64,000 nucleotides of DNA, taken from contig NC_068984.1 in NCBI RefSeq assembly GCF_001194135.2, positions 32,122,074-32,186,073 on the forward strand, written 5' to 3'. The notes under the pieces are model-generated. The model was not told the DNA's origin. It ran no database searches and was given only the letters and a program-made list of their open reading frames with translations. Shown one piece after another: positions 12,109 through 24,230 of this stretch. This DNA comes from Octopus bimaculoides (lineage: Eukaryota). How positions within the stretch are numbered: the stretch's first letter is position 1; each line of letters begins with the position of its first letter. The position numbers were made by a program, and so were the translations under genes.

Positions 12109-14129
12109 TATATCTATATCTATTCCCTTATAAATGTCCTGAAAATTCCCCACAACCTTGGCTTTGTTATCTCATTTTGTCTAATATATATATATACATA
12201 TGCATGCTAATACAACACCCACATTAGACTCCTCACTCGTATCACTATCGAACCAATAGTTTAACACCGTAAGTCCATACCACTTACTTAACATTACCAG
12301 CCACTCTTTGGGTCTTCTAGATACCAATACCTCTCGTATATATATCTTGAATCTTGAGCTTCCATATGGTTTCTGTTGTGTAGTTTCATTCATAAGGTAT
12401 TAGTTGGCTCAATACTATAATAGAAGACACTTGCTTATATGCACAAAGCAGACCAGAACCTATTATGTTTCTGTTAGAAGACTCAAAAGTTTTATGCCTA
12501 ATTTTTATGAAATCTAACTCCATTCTTATTTATTTCATGGTAGTTTATATTTTTACAAACATGAAATATTCTGACATCAGTTGAAGTTTGCTGAACAAAT
12601 TATAGTACAAATATTTTTAACAATTAGCTGCTCTTCATCGTAATAACCAATTGACCACAACATAGTTGATAACACATTATATATTTGTACAGTGGACTGA
12701 AATAAGTATATTAATCTATATAGTCTAAAGTTGCAATGCAAATATTTGAGAAAGAGAGCTTTAACCATTTATCATATATTAACTTAAATGTAATTTAAAG
12801 TCTAAATCATATTCAAGACTTTTTAGTATCCATGACTGTTTTCTGGTTCTTTGAGTCTGGTGGGAAGAATTTATCTTCTGATCAGATACCTGGTTTGAAT
12901 TCTTGCTACAGACTGGATTCTACTAAAACCATCCATGGACTGTTTTGTCATTTTAAATCATTGAATTGGATGAAATCTATTACCCAAAAGTACATAGATG
13001 TAAATCACCATACATTTATTAATCTATGTGCAACTTTCAAGAAGTTACCTAGAATTTAATATTCTAAACCACTCCCACTTCACTCTACATACACCTCACA
13101 CATAGCACGTACACATGCATGCATGGATGCACACACACACAGAGCTTGTATGATATACTTGCTATATTTGATATCTGAAATTCATTTTATTCTTGTTCCT
13201 TTCACATTTGACTATCATCAAATCTAGTTTAATTTTAAATTGTTTATTGCATCTTAAAGTGAATAAGATGTTCCTTGTGGATCCCACAGGTGTCAAGTTA
13301 CAATGTGAATAATGTCCCTCGTGAATGTAATTTTGAACTGAGCACTCTTGAGGTTTTTCATCACCTCATGGTATTAGTCTGGGTGGATATAAGCCTATCC
13401 CTGGTGGTACATTCTGCATTGTTTCCTCTTGCATCCAGTCCGCATGACTAACTGCTATATATAGCTTAAAGAACTTGGATTCAGAAGCCACTGTCTTTCT
13501 GTTCAAGGAGGCAAAGTAGAAACAAATGAGGTAATTATACAGCTGTCTTCTTTGTATGATATTTCTGAAATACATTTCCTTTTTCATATTCCTTTTGTGT
13601 TTAACTATTGTCTAATCCCAATTAATTTCTAATTACATGTTAAGTGAGTAATATTTCATTAAATTAAATTAGTATGTGCTTTGACAGGCCTATCACACAT
13701 ACTTCCTCCTGTACACACTCACGCATATGCACATACAGATACACACACAAAATTGTGCATATACATTCACATACAGATCAACTCAATGTATTTTGTATCA
13801 TATGCTGATTCTAATTTCTGTCAAAAGCTTGTCTTGTCCTGAAACTAGCATGATATGATACCATCTCATGTCTTGGAAGGATATGCTAGTGAAGGTTCAA
13901 AGGAAGAAAAAGTGGAAATTATAATGAATATATCTTTCATTGAAGCAATACTTAGATGATTTGGTAAGTTTTTTAATTGGATTACATCCAATGGCATGAC
14001 ATAAGATATTTTCTACATCACACCCCACAGCAGTACTCAAGAAGACCTATACTCCACAGTAGTACACAAGAAGACCTGTACTCCATAGCAGAAGTGTTAA
14101 AACCACTCCCCCTGGTGAAGAGGATTGGC

Positions 14130-14358
14130 CTACAATACTTCTGTGCTGGTGCTATGTAAAAAGCATTTGTGCAGTGCCACGTAAAAAACACCTGGCACAA
14201 TCTGAAAAGTGGATGATATTAGGAAGGGCATCCAGCAGCAGAAACCATGCCAAATCAGACTGGAGGCTGGTGTAGCTCTCTAGCTTGCCAGCTCTGGTGA
14301 AACTGCCAATCCATGCCTGCATGGACAATGGATATTAAATGATGATGATGATGATGAT
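14130..14358 (+). mobile_element. RTE LINE 3' UTR/tail fragment
   Basis: gtgctggtgctatgtaaaaagca...attaggaagggcatccagc...catgcctgcatggacaatggatattaaat(gat)n. Confidence 0.7.
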
Positions 14359-14882
14359 AAATTTACTCAGTAAAGTCTCATTCCACCTACTCCAGACCCA
14401 CAGAACTTGAAACGTTGTTAGTTTTGCATTGCTTACAATGATGGATTACATAGCACCCTATAGTACCTTGGTAGAAATGAAATAACCAAGATAAAGTTAA
14501 GCATCTTAACTATGTCCATAACATAATAGTGATGAGAGGTTACATGCTCCTGACTTCATTGGTGAGAGTCTAATACATTATTAATGCTCTCATTGATTTG
14601 TAACATAAATACAAGACCTCACACTATTTCAGATGAGGTAATAATGAGTCATATCAAACCAGTATTTAACTGGTTCTATTTTATCCACTTCAAAATAATA
14701 ATAATAAAAATAAACTTTAATCATAATTTGAGCTCAGAATGTAAAGGATTTGATTAAATACTGTTTGGTATTTTGTCCATAGTTCTGCCAATTCTGTTAA
14801 TCCTCTCAATCACAGCATAAAGAGAATGAGGTGATTATAAATGAGGACCAGAAGTAGATTTGTCTTAGCTTCTATATGAATT

Positions 14883-16609
14883 CCAATATATAACTTTACT
14901 CTGAAGACAAAACCCAATTATCATTATTCCAGCTTCACTGGGTTAAGATTCAACTCGATTGCTACCTTCTTTCTGCTAAAATACATAGCCTTTCTTTCAT
15001 AACTATAGAAACAATAAAAACTTAAATAGAATAACTTTATTCTAGTTGAGCAAACCTCCTTATGCTTTGAAACTGGATGCGAATGATTTCCCTCAATATC
15101 TATAGCAACATACTTCCAAATTACGAAAATGTTGCCTATAATCTGTAGAGGTTTCAGTGATATATAAGAGGGGAAGTAGTATTTTATACACCATAAGCTT
15201 TGTCATTTGTCTCAAATCATGATTTCCATATACTTGTTTGCTTAGATAAGTAGAGTTTACACCAATGCATTTTATACAGTGTTGAGTGCTGTATGAATAC
15301 ATGCATGGATTATGGAACTGTCCTCAATGCAACAGAAATAATCATTACAATCCATGTAATGCAGCTTACAATGTTATTTATGAAAACACTATCTTTCTTT
15401 AAGTCATTGCAGTCGGCAAATACACAAATATATACTGCACTTATCAGTCCTTCTGTCTACCATGCTGTGTTTAGTTTATGATATTGGCAACTGAGTGTCC
15501 AGTTAGGGCAGTAATATTGTTGGTCAAGCTAGAATAAAATGAGATAATAATATTATATACAATCAAATAATATTTCCTAGTTAAAGACATTCGGTAGGAT
15601 GAAAATGATAAAGAGAGAGATATAAAAGAAGGAAATTTAGTAAGAATCAGAGAGTGACAGTAAGAGAATAAGGGGGGTTTAAACAAGCAAATGCTAGAGA
15701 TAGAAAGTAAAATTGATTAAGGAGAATTAGAAGAGAATGTAACATATAATAAGATATCAACAATTTATAAAATCCCATTTTCTTACTACAACTACCACCA
15801 TCAAACCATCTCTACTACCACCACCACCACTACCACCCTGGGGCTCTTCAGAAAGCAATGGTAATATATTGGTACACCAATAGATCCTAAATTTGTTCTT
15901 GGAAAAATTCAATAAAAGCATTCTCCCACCTCTCATAAATCTGAGTTATATATGTATGCTATTTTAGTTTGATCCACTACACTGCAAAAAGTCATTGAAT
16001 GACTGCTAAAGAAGGTGAAGTTTACTAGGAAAGTTTAGTGGTGGTGGTGGTGGTGGTGTAGAGACAGATAGAAGTAAAATAAATAAATGATATAAAAACC
16101 ACAAAATGAAACAATGAAAATAACAGACAGCCAAAACCTCATAAAATGTGTTGAATTGCTTTCTATAATGGCTTGCAATTGTCTGCATTTGAGTAGGTAA
16201 TCTAGTTGAATGTCTATGCTCAAGGAACAACTGTTGTTACCAATTTCATATTATCTATCTCCCTTCTCAACCAGAAGTAGACATTTTAGTTTTGGTTTTG
16301 TACATCAATTCATATTTCTCTTTCCAATTTTACAGCCAATTGTCAAATAACGATCTCTCTCTCTCTCTCTCTCTCTCATTTTCATTTTTTCATTAGTATT
16401 TCTTTTATGTTTTTATCCTACATATCTATGGTTTTTATCCTCATCCTTTCTTCCGCTTTCTATTCAGTAATTTTTTTGAATGACATTTTGCAAACATGAA
16501 AATTCACTAGAGATATTTTTTCGCCCCATTTCTCATATAGAAATCTACATGAGAATTACCAAATATAAAATCCCAATATATAACTTTACTCTGAAGACAA
16601 AACCCAATT
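14883..16609 (+). repeat. Exact 37-bp direct repeat, copies at 14883-14919 and 16573-16609
   Basis: ccaatatataactttactctgaagacaaaacccaatt is identical in both copies, which are 1690 bp apart. Confidence 0.9.
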
Positions 16610-17790
16610 GAGCTGAAAGCATTTTATTGTAGATGGTTTGGAGAAGATTTTCTGACCAGCTCTTTTCAAAAACTAAAAAAACAACAAGGAATGAAAAACA
16701 AATCTGTTAATAGAATCAGAGCTGGTATCAAGTCATGATGATTTGTATACTTATTTAAATTATCTCCATTATAATTTCCTACCTAACATTGTACAAGCTA
16801 GGCTATTAAAATGAGATGACTTGATGACAGTTATGTATTTTATAGGAAAAACTGAAGCACTTGATATTCTCTGACAAAAAAAAAGTGAGGAAAGAATGAA
16901 GAAAATTGAAAAAAAACCCCAAAAACTCAGAAGAAATGGAAATGGAAAGAGGCAGTATAAGACAGAAAGATGTTACAGTTGTAAAAGTTACCACTTTTTC
17001 AAAACAAATTTATTATTCTACTGAAATTGACTTATATCAGCAAGTTTTATCTGAAGAATGTGTACTGTGTTTATGACAATAATACACTTTGCTCACCATG
17101 TATGTGTCTTTATATAGATATCATGGTGTCTCTCACCATAAAATGGCTGTGCAGCTGACTAGCGACTTGTTAGTTCCAAGTAATGAGTTTAAAACTTTCT
17201 TTGGGCCTAGAGTAAGTAACAAAGAACTGTTCTAGTGTACTCTTCCTGTGAGATATTCGACTCAGTATTAGGCAGTAACATGATCATGTGGTTAAGAAGT
17301 TCAAATGTTCTGTTTGCTAACATGTGGCTCTGCATTTACTCCATAAGACAAATGTCTTCCATCATAGCATTGAGTAGATTCAAACTTTGTGTGTGTTATT
17401 TTACTCAGAGAAATTGTATACAAACCTGTCAGATGAATTGTTTTCATTTGTTAAAACTAGAATTAATCTGACCCTAGATTAACACCACTAACTAGCTATT
17501 GGGAGTATTAAATGGAGTTTACAATATTGTAAACATTTAGACTGGTTGTTTGATCTAAGGATATCAAGACCTCTTTCTCCCACAAAACTCAGAATCCCTG
17601 GAAAGGTCTAGGGATGCAAACTGATAAAATATAAAATGAGAGATCACAGATGTTCAAGTGTTTATTCTAATCAAATCAACCCTGTTTGCTTAGATCCATG
17701 ATCAAAAATATTCCAGTTATGGCCATTGCACCTTATCTAAAAGAACATGATCCAAAGCATCTTACTTTTGTAAGATGTTACATTTTAATA

Positions 17791-18184
17791 GTGGAGGCGC
17801 AATGGCCCAGTGGTTAGGGAAGCGGACTTGCGGTCATAGGATCGCGGTTTTGATTCCCAGACCGGGCATTGTGAGTGTTTATTGAGCGAAAACATCTAAA
17901 GCTCCACGAGGCTCCGGCAGGGGATCGTGGCGAACCCTGCTGTACTCTTTCACCACAACTTTCTCTCACTCTTACTTCCTGTTTCTGTTGTGCCTGTAAT
18001 TCGAAGGGCCAGCCTTATCACTCTGTGTCATGCTGAATTTCCCTGAGAACTACGTTAATGGTACACGTGTCTGTGGAGTGCTCGGCCACTTGCACGTTAA
18101 TTTCATGAGCAGGCTGCTCCATCGATCGGATCAACTGGAACCCTCATCGTCGTAAGCGACGGAGTGCCAACAACAACAACAACA
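17791..18184 (+). mobile_element. Full-length tRNA-derived SINE, family A
   Basis: Pol III A-box (TGGCCCAGTGG) and B-box-like (GGTTTTGATTCC); (CAA)n tail; TSD acattttaata/acattgtaata (17780-17790, 18185-18195). Confidence 0.9.
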
Positions 18185-18456
18185 ACATTGTAATAAAGGA
18201 TTTTCACTGCTATTTCTGGCTTGAAGTCCATACATACCAGTGAGGGAATGTCTATGAAGTGACTTGGCATGCTAGATATAGCAGTTAAATTAATATTTAG
18301 ATTACATATTACTGTGTTAAAATAAAAACGCTGCATTGGGCAATATAGTCATGTATATTTAAAAGTTGACAGATGAGGGTTGAGATGCGATAAACAATAA
18401 CTTCTCTAGTATTCTTTAGTCTACAAAGTAGCCATTCCTTTAACTTTCATTTTCAG

Positions 18457-18548
18457 TTGAATTTTTACACATGTCCATCAGTAAAAAGCATAATCGACAG
18501 ACCATTTGATTATAGCTGTTACTATAAACTAGTTAAGGAAGACAGAAG
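18457..18548 (+). CDS. Candidate internal exon (92 nt; LNFYTCPSVKSIIDRPFDYSCYYKLVKEDR)
   Basis: Strong acceptor ttcctttaactttcattttcag and strong donor AAG|GTGAGT; exactly one open frame; unique, non-repetitive sequence; product not recognised. Confidence 0.35.
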
Positions 18549-19056
18549 GTGAGTAATGATCATTGCCATCATCAGTATCACCACAACCACCACCATCACC
18601 ACCACCACCTCTCTCACCTCCCTTGATGAAATTAACATCATGATTCCTTCACAGTTCCACTACCTATATTTTCTTTCATTATCTTCATCATTGTCTTTCA
18701 TCTCCTCCCACACTCTGTTCATCCACTTCACCTCTGCTATTATCATTATCAATTAATATCTGATTAATTCAAGTTAGCTTATTTGCTTCAATACTTTTAA
18801 AAAATTATAAAATATAACCATCATATTTTTTTCAAAATAAAATTCTATTAGAGGAAAAAAATGCAAATATAAAACACAAGGAAATACAAAAAATATACCA
18901 AAAACATTGAAAACAAAAGCAACCGTCATATCAAACACAAGAGAGCAAAACAAAAAATCTCTATCCTCTATACATCACCATAACAACCTTATCATATCTG
19001 AAAGTCTGGCGCTTAACAGATTGTAGTTGCCAACTGCTAAAATTATCCAAACTTAC

Positions 19057-19099
19057 CATTCTTAATAGGCTTGCAGACTAATTAAAATGTAATGATAAC
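19057..19099 (-). other. Candidate non-coding/5'UTR exon ending in ATG
   Basis: Minus strand: ttcctcttttgttgcatgcag|43 nt|GTAAGT; all three frames contain stops and the last three bases are ATG. Confidence 0.2.
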
Positions 19100-20154
19100 C
19101 TGCATGCAACAAAAGAGGAATTTCTTCCTTTGTCTTAAAAGAAATTTTTTTTTTTTGTTTTCAATGTCTGTATGTGAAGGGAAGGGGGGGATTTTTTGTT
19201 TTTTTTTTTTGTTTTAACATTTTTCAAACTCAGATTATTTCAAACAAATAAACGGCAATGAAATCATATGAACACACTCACATACACACATGTGTGCATA
19301 CACACACACACACACACACACATGCATAAGTATATATGTACGTATACATCTATACACACACACATCACAAACACACACACTTACATACACACATGTATAT
19401 ACACTACTATATATAGCAACAAACAAAAACATGAAAAGAAAAAAGAAGGCAAATTATAATATAAATAACAAAAATGGGATAATCTTTTGAATTGGATGTT
19501 TCATGTTAGCTGTTGTGTTTCTTGCTTCTGATTGTTGTTCTTGATCTGGACACTGTTATGTTTGTTATTGCTGTTGTTGCTGTTTTTGTTGTTGTTACTG
19601 TTGAGGTTTTAAGACTGCCAATAGCATTTGCATTCTTAGTAGAATAATTACAGAGCTAATGAATACGATAATTAGTTCCTAGCTTTGGATATTGTCACTT
19701 CAGTCTTGGAGACTAGTTTGCTGATCAGAGACAGCAGTCACTATGTCTGCCTTTACTATATCTCTACAGATAAGCCGAGAGGCTTATAGGAAGCAAAAAG
19801 GAAAATTAAACAAAGAAATATGCTGTTCAGCATATTGGAGAAACATTAAAACTAATACTTCATACATTGATAATGATCATAGAGTGACAAGGAGTAAAAA
19901 TATTAAACATAATAAAGAATGAATGGGAGAAAGAGTAAAAGAAACAAGGGAGGGGTAAAGAGGGGAAACTCCCCTTATGAAATGAAACATTTCAGAAACA
20001 TGCTTCATGTACAGACATATGCTTAGGAACATACACACAACTGGCTCCCTCATGATCAAAAGTTAAGTGTGAAGGGATGTTTTATTTCTGACAGTTTAAA
20101 TTGTATAGTTATTTTATGTTAGTATTTCCTATCAATCATGTGACCTCTTTTGTA

Positions 20155-20187
<33 letters not shown>

Positions 20188-20431
20188 AACAACCTTCTAG
20201 TCTATCTATCCACCCACTGAACAAACCAGCCAGCCAGCCAGATTTCTTCCATTGTCCTTCAGTTTATATACCATCTCTCCCTCGCTCTCTCTCTAGCTCT
20301 TACAATATTCATTTATTGTCTTTATGCATCTTCCATTCTACCCCTCCTTTTTCCCTTTTATCTCTCTCCACGCATACATACACTATATATTTATGCCTAT
20401 AAGTTTTTGTATATATAATATACATCATATC

Positions 20432-20643
20432 AGGACAATTACCCCACCACCACCACCACACGAGGAAATTACCCCACCAAGGACAATTCCCCCTGATGGC
20501 AACTACCTCCTAGGACGATTACCCCACTTGGCTAATTACCCCCTCTCTAATATAATAAGAAGTTTGAAATAATCATCTGTTGTCCTCGGGGGTAATTATC
20601 CTTGGTGGGATTATTGTCCATGGTGGGTACATGTCCTAGACTC
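20432..20643. mobile_element. MITE/foldback-like element with repeated subterminal motifs
   Basis: About five GGACAATTACCCC-like motifs on the left and three inverted GGGGTAATTGTCC-like motifs on the right around an AT-rich core. Confidence 0.65.
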
Positions 20644-20744
20644 AAAATACATAATACAAACATGCACACATGTGCATGTATACACACACACAAATATGAA
20701 TGTATATATACACACATATATATTCTAGGTTTTACAAATGACAC

Positions 20745-20892
20745 TCCATATCCTTACATCTTGTAAGGAGCGATTAAAAGGGTTGGCATCAAAAAAGACA
20801 TCCAGCTGCAAAACGCTCTCAAAATGTCCTTTCCAACCCATTCTACCATAGAGAAGGGGATAAAAATGGGATGAAGATGGTGACGACGATGA

Positions 20893-20895
<3 letters not shown>
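20745..20895 (-). mobile_element. RTE-type tail fragment
   Basis: ggttggcatcaaaaaagacatccagctgcaaaac and tttccaacccattct motifs; adjacent degenerate (GAT/GAC) repeat. Orientation is uncertain. Confidence 0.45.
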
Positions 20896-20929
<34 letters not shown>

Positions 20930-20930
<1 letters not shown>

Positions 20931-21085
20931 GAGAATATACAAATAATAACAACAGACGAGGACAGGTGGTGTAAATAACAAAAGGATATATTAGTCTGAC
21001 GCTCGGGAATACGGAAAGTCTTTGACGTTTCGAGCTACGCTCTTCAACAGAAAGAATACGGAGACAAGGAGAAAAAAAATTGAAT
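20930..21085 (-). mobile_element. Young CpG-rich PLE pseudo-LTR fragment carrying a hammerhead
   Basis: Contains the HHR at 21019-21055; high CpG content against an AT-rich background; abuts (TA)n. Confidence 0.65.
21019..21055 (-). ncRNA. Minimal type I hammerhead variant (loopless ACGT stem III)
   Basis: TCTTT-CTGTTGA-A-GAGC-GTA-GCTC-GAAAC-GTC-AAAGA; stems I and II pair perfectly; A6U variant plus an extra A after A9. Confidence 0.7.
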
Positions 21086-21114
21086 AGTGTTCAGTCAACG
21101 GTCAATCATAATAA

Positions 21115-21540
21115 TATATACCTTCTGTCTTTTACTTGTTTCAGTTATTAGACTGTGGCCATGCTGAGCACTGCCATAAGGAATTTTAGTCAAACAAATC
21201 GACCCCAGTAAGACCAGTACTCATTTGTATTGGTCACTTGCACTGAACTGTTAGGTTATGGGATTTAACTACACCAACACTTGTTGACAATTGGTGTTGA
21301 TGTGTTTATGTCCCCATAACTTAGTGGGACATACACAGATACAAATACGCCCCCCCCAAAAAAAAACACACATACAAAAGGCTTCTTTCAGTTTCCATCT
21401 ATCATATCTACTCACAAGGCTTTGATCAGCCTGAGGCTATAGTAGAGGACACTTGCCCAAGATGCCACAGAGTGGAACTGAACTTGGAACCATGTGGCTG
21501 AGAAGCAAACTTCGTACCATACAGCTACACCTGTGCTTAT
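21115..21540 (-). mobile_element. SINE family C (CORE-like), near full length
   Basis: Reverse complement of the head (ggctgtatggtacgaagtttgcttctcagccacatggttcc), core (cttgggcaagtgtcctctactatagcc) and tail (actgaaacaagtaaaagac). Confidence 0.8.
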
Positions 21541-21840
21541 GATATAATATATCTACACACACTTTTATATATAGTTGCTTTACCTCTCCATCTATCTTAC
21601 TTTACCTCTTTCAAGTATCTCCTCCCGACACGATATTTCTCTCTCTGTCTAAATATCTTTACTTTCTCTGTTACTGCTTCTTTCATATCTTGTTTACTTA
21701 CTCTAGTTCTATTATGAAAATCAAAAATTATGATGAATTATTTCCAATATATAATAGACTGTAGTTAGAATGAATTAATTTCTGTTTTGTTTACTCCATA
21801 ATTTTCTGTTTTCTTTTAATTTAAATTTTCATGATTTTAG

Positions 21841-21892
21841 TTTGAGCATCCCATTGGAAGCTAAAGAGACATGGAGACAGGAAACCTACTAA
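21841..21892 (+). CDS. Candidate terminal coding exon (SLSIPLEAKETWRQETY*)
   Basis: Long U-rich acceptor ending ttttag at 21840; phase compatible with 18457-18548; TAA at 21890-21892; AATAAA about 25 nt downstream. Confidence 0.15.
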
Positions 21893-22230
21893 AAATTAAG
21901 TTGATTATATTATTTAATAAAGTAATGTGAAATAATAAACAAAAGATTTAATATAAACTGGTAAAAAAATAATATTTTAACATGTAATTAAAATCTTTTA
22001 ATTCCATTAATATCACTATGCAAATTCCACATTCTGTTTCTCACCACCACGACCACCATCAAATATTAATCCGTAAGTAAATATATAAACTACAAACAAA
22101 CACTTTTTACTTTAATAGAGGAACTAATTATTGCAGCAGTGATTGCAATGGTGTCATTAATGAAAGAAATATCTGCATGTATTTCTTAATTTCATGCATG
22201 CATGAATATAGGTATATGAATCTGTATAAT

Positions 22231-22360
22231 ACTGCTGCTGCTGCTACTGCTGCTACTGTTGCTGCTGCTGCTACTAATAGTACTACTACTGCTGCAGCTA
22301 CTGCTACTACTACTACTACTACTACTACTGCAGCTACTACTATTACTGCTGCTGCTGCTG

Positions 22361-22392
<32 letters not shown>

Positions 22393-22490
22393 GCTGTTGC
22401 TGTTGCTAGTCACCCAATTTCACCATCATCACCACCATCGTTGCAATGATCATCATCCTCACCACCACTACCACCATCATCGTTTATATT
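22231..22490. repeat. Compound trinucleotide microsatellite (CTG/CTA)n then (CAC/CAT)n
   Basis: Directly visible; it generates the spurious poly-T/A/S/L ORFs in the ORF track. Confidence 0.95.
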
Positions 22491-22926
22491 TGTTTTCCAC
22501 GGTGGCATGAGTCAGAGAAGTCCTCATAATCCAAGTTAGTCCCTAATGAGTAGTGCTGCTTTAATAGACAGGGCTTAGAACCATGTCTTGCTAATATTTT
22601 ACATTTTTACTTGATACAAAGCATGTCCAGCTATGTATGGACATCCTTCTTATCACCAACCCCTTTGCAGAGTGTATTGACAGTATTTCGCAATAGCTTC
22701 TCATGTAATTACATTGAGATGCATGATTAAAGGGTCATCTCACCTGAACACTTTCACTTCTCATTCACCAAAAATTTTAAAAAGTACTGGGTGCATTTCA
22801 TCATGGTACCAGCATAGGAGGGATTGCATAAATAGACCTTGTTACTCCAAGGGTTGTACAACATTTCTGTTTATATGTATGTCTCTGTCTGTCTGTCTGT
22901 CTCTTTCTCTCTTTCTATCTATCTAT

Positions 22927-22957
<31 letters not shown>

Positions 22958-23899
22958 CCTATCTATCTATATCTACCTATCTATATATTTATATATCTCT
23001 CTTTTATCTATCTATCCATCTATCCATCAAGTTATATATTTATTTGTCTACTTGTCTACCTGCCAGCATGTCGGTGTGTATGTTTGTACAGATACATACA
23101 TGCATGTGTGCGTACACCTATACATATATAATTATATATTCCCAGGAGTGACAAGTTTATAGGAATATGGCCAGAACACTTACAATAAAGTATTCAAAAT
23201 GATATACATAATTGTCAATACATTCAACAAAAAATATTTATTGTTTCACCCATGAGATCTTCAGGAACAACCATCAGTTTTGGATTTTGCTAGTTTTATA
23301 GAATCAATGCAAAAAAAGAAAAGATTACATTCATACCCTAACCAATTCCTACAGTTGTCACCTACTCTTCCCTCACTCCTCTATTGATTATCCCTTCAAA
23401 CCTTGTTCTTCATTAAGTATGTTCATGCCCTCGTTAATTCCTTATCTCTCATTCTCTCATACACGTTTGTAACCTCTACCTGCCTATATACCTAGTTCTG
23501 TCCTCATTTTCTTCCACTTATATCATATTTCAGGGATTCATGCTGATGCCTCTTCACTACTATCTTTATTTCCACCCTGATTACCCTCATCATCTCTTCC
23601 AAAATGTAACCATATAACCTCTCTGCAACAAGAATCCTTTCCTACTGTAGTTCTTACTCCCATACTTTGACCCTTCATCTCCTAGCTTAAAATCACCTCT
23701 CTCCTCCCCATATGTCTGTCCTTGCAAGCTACACAGTAACCTCACTAGTCTTCACTACTTCATCTTATGCTTTCCTAGGTTTCCCTCTTCCACATGTGTT
23801 ACTCATATTTAGCAATTATCACTTCTTTGTGCAGCTATATAGACTACATGCATAGTCTTCTCTTTTGCACACTGCATAAAATGCCCCTCATACCCAATG

Positions 23900-24230
23900 T
23901 TTCTCTTAATAGAATTGCATTTTGTTATTCATAGATATTGACATTGAACATCCTGTGAAGCATGCTAGCTTAACTTCTCTCAAGTCGCTACATATATTAT
24001 GCATTCACAAGCTACATTTCTCTACCATGTAGCATTGCTGTTTGTATACAAGCATCATATCATCTACCTTTTACCCTGAGCTCTTGTTAACAACAGAGTG
24101 AATAGCTCTCTGAAGTTTCTCCAGCCAGATTATATTCAAGCAACTATACTTTCTCACATCCTACTTCATTCTTAATTAGATCACTTAGGTAACAGAAACT
24201 TCTAAGAATGCTCTTTGGCATACAAGAAAA
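23900..24230 (-). mobile_element. RTE LINE reverse-transcriptase C-terminal relic
   Basis: Minus strand with frameshifts and stops: SFCYLSDLI..GCE, WRNFRELFTLL, YDACIQTAMLHG, RLERS*ASMLHRMFNV; pyrimidine-rich relic probably extends to ~23400. Confidence 0.8.

Larger units (their letters stand above)
11224..12153. mobile_element. Penelope-like element relic with inverted pseudo-LTRs
   Basis: ~300-bp inverted arms 11224-11523 and 11856-12153, each carrying an HHR. The minus strand near 11520-11640 reads HTTRPFRMSSTESTATYFKMTKHGIT then EINWK after a frameshift, resembling a GIY-YIG C-terminal region. Confidence 0.7.

Noticed and set aside
13946-13963. 18-nt in-frame microexon (QYLDDL) with GTAAGT donor
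   Set aside because: Weak acceptor; such motifs are expected by chance in 64 kb of AT-rich DNA
17791-17870. tRNA gene
   Set aside because: The tRNA-like A/B boxes run directly into a SINE body with tail and TSD, so this is a SINE head rather than a tRNA
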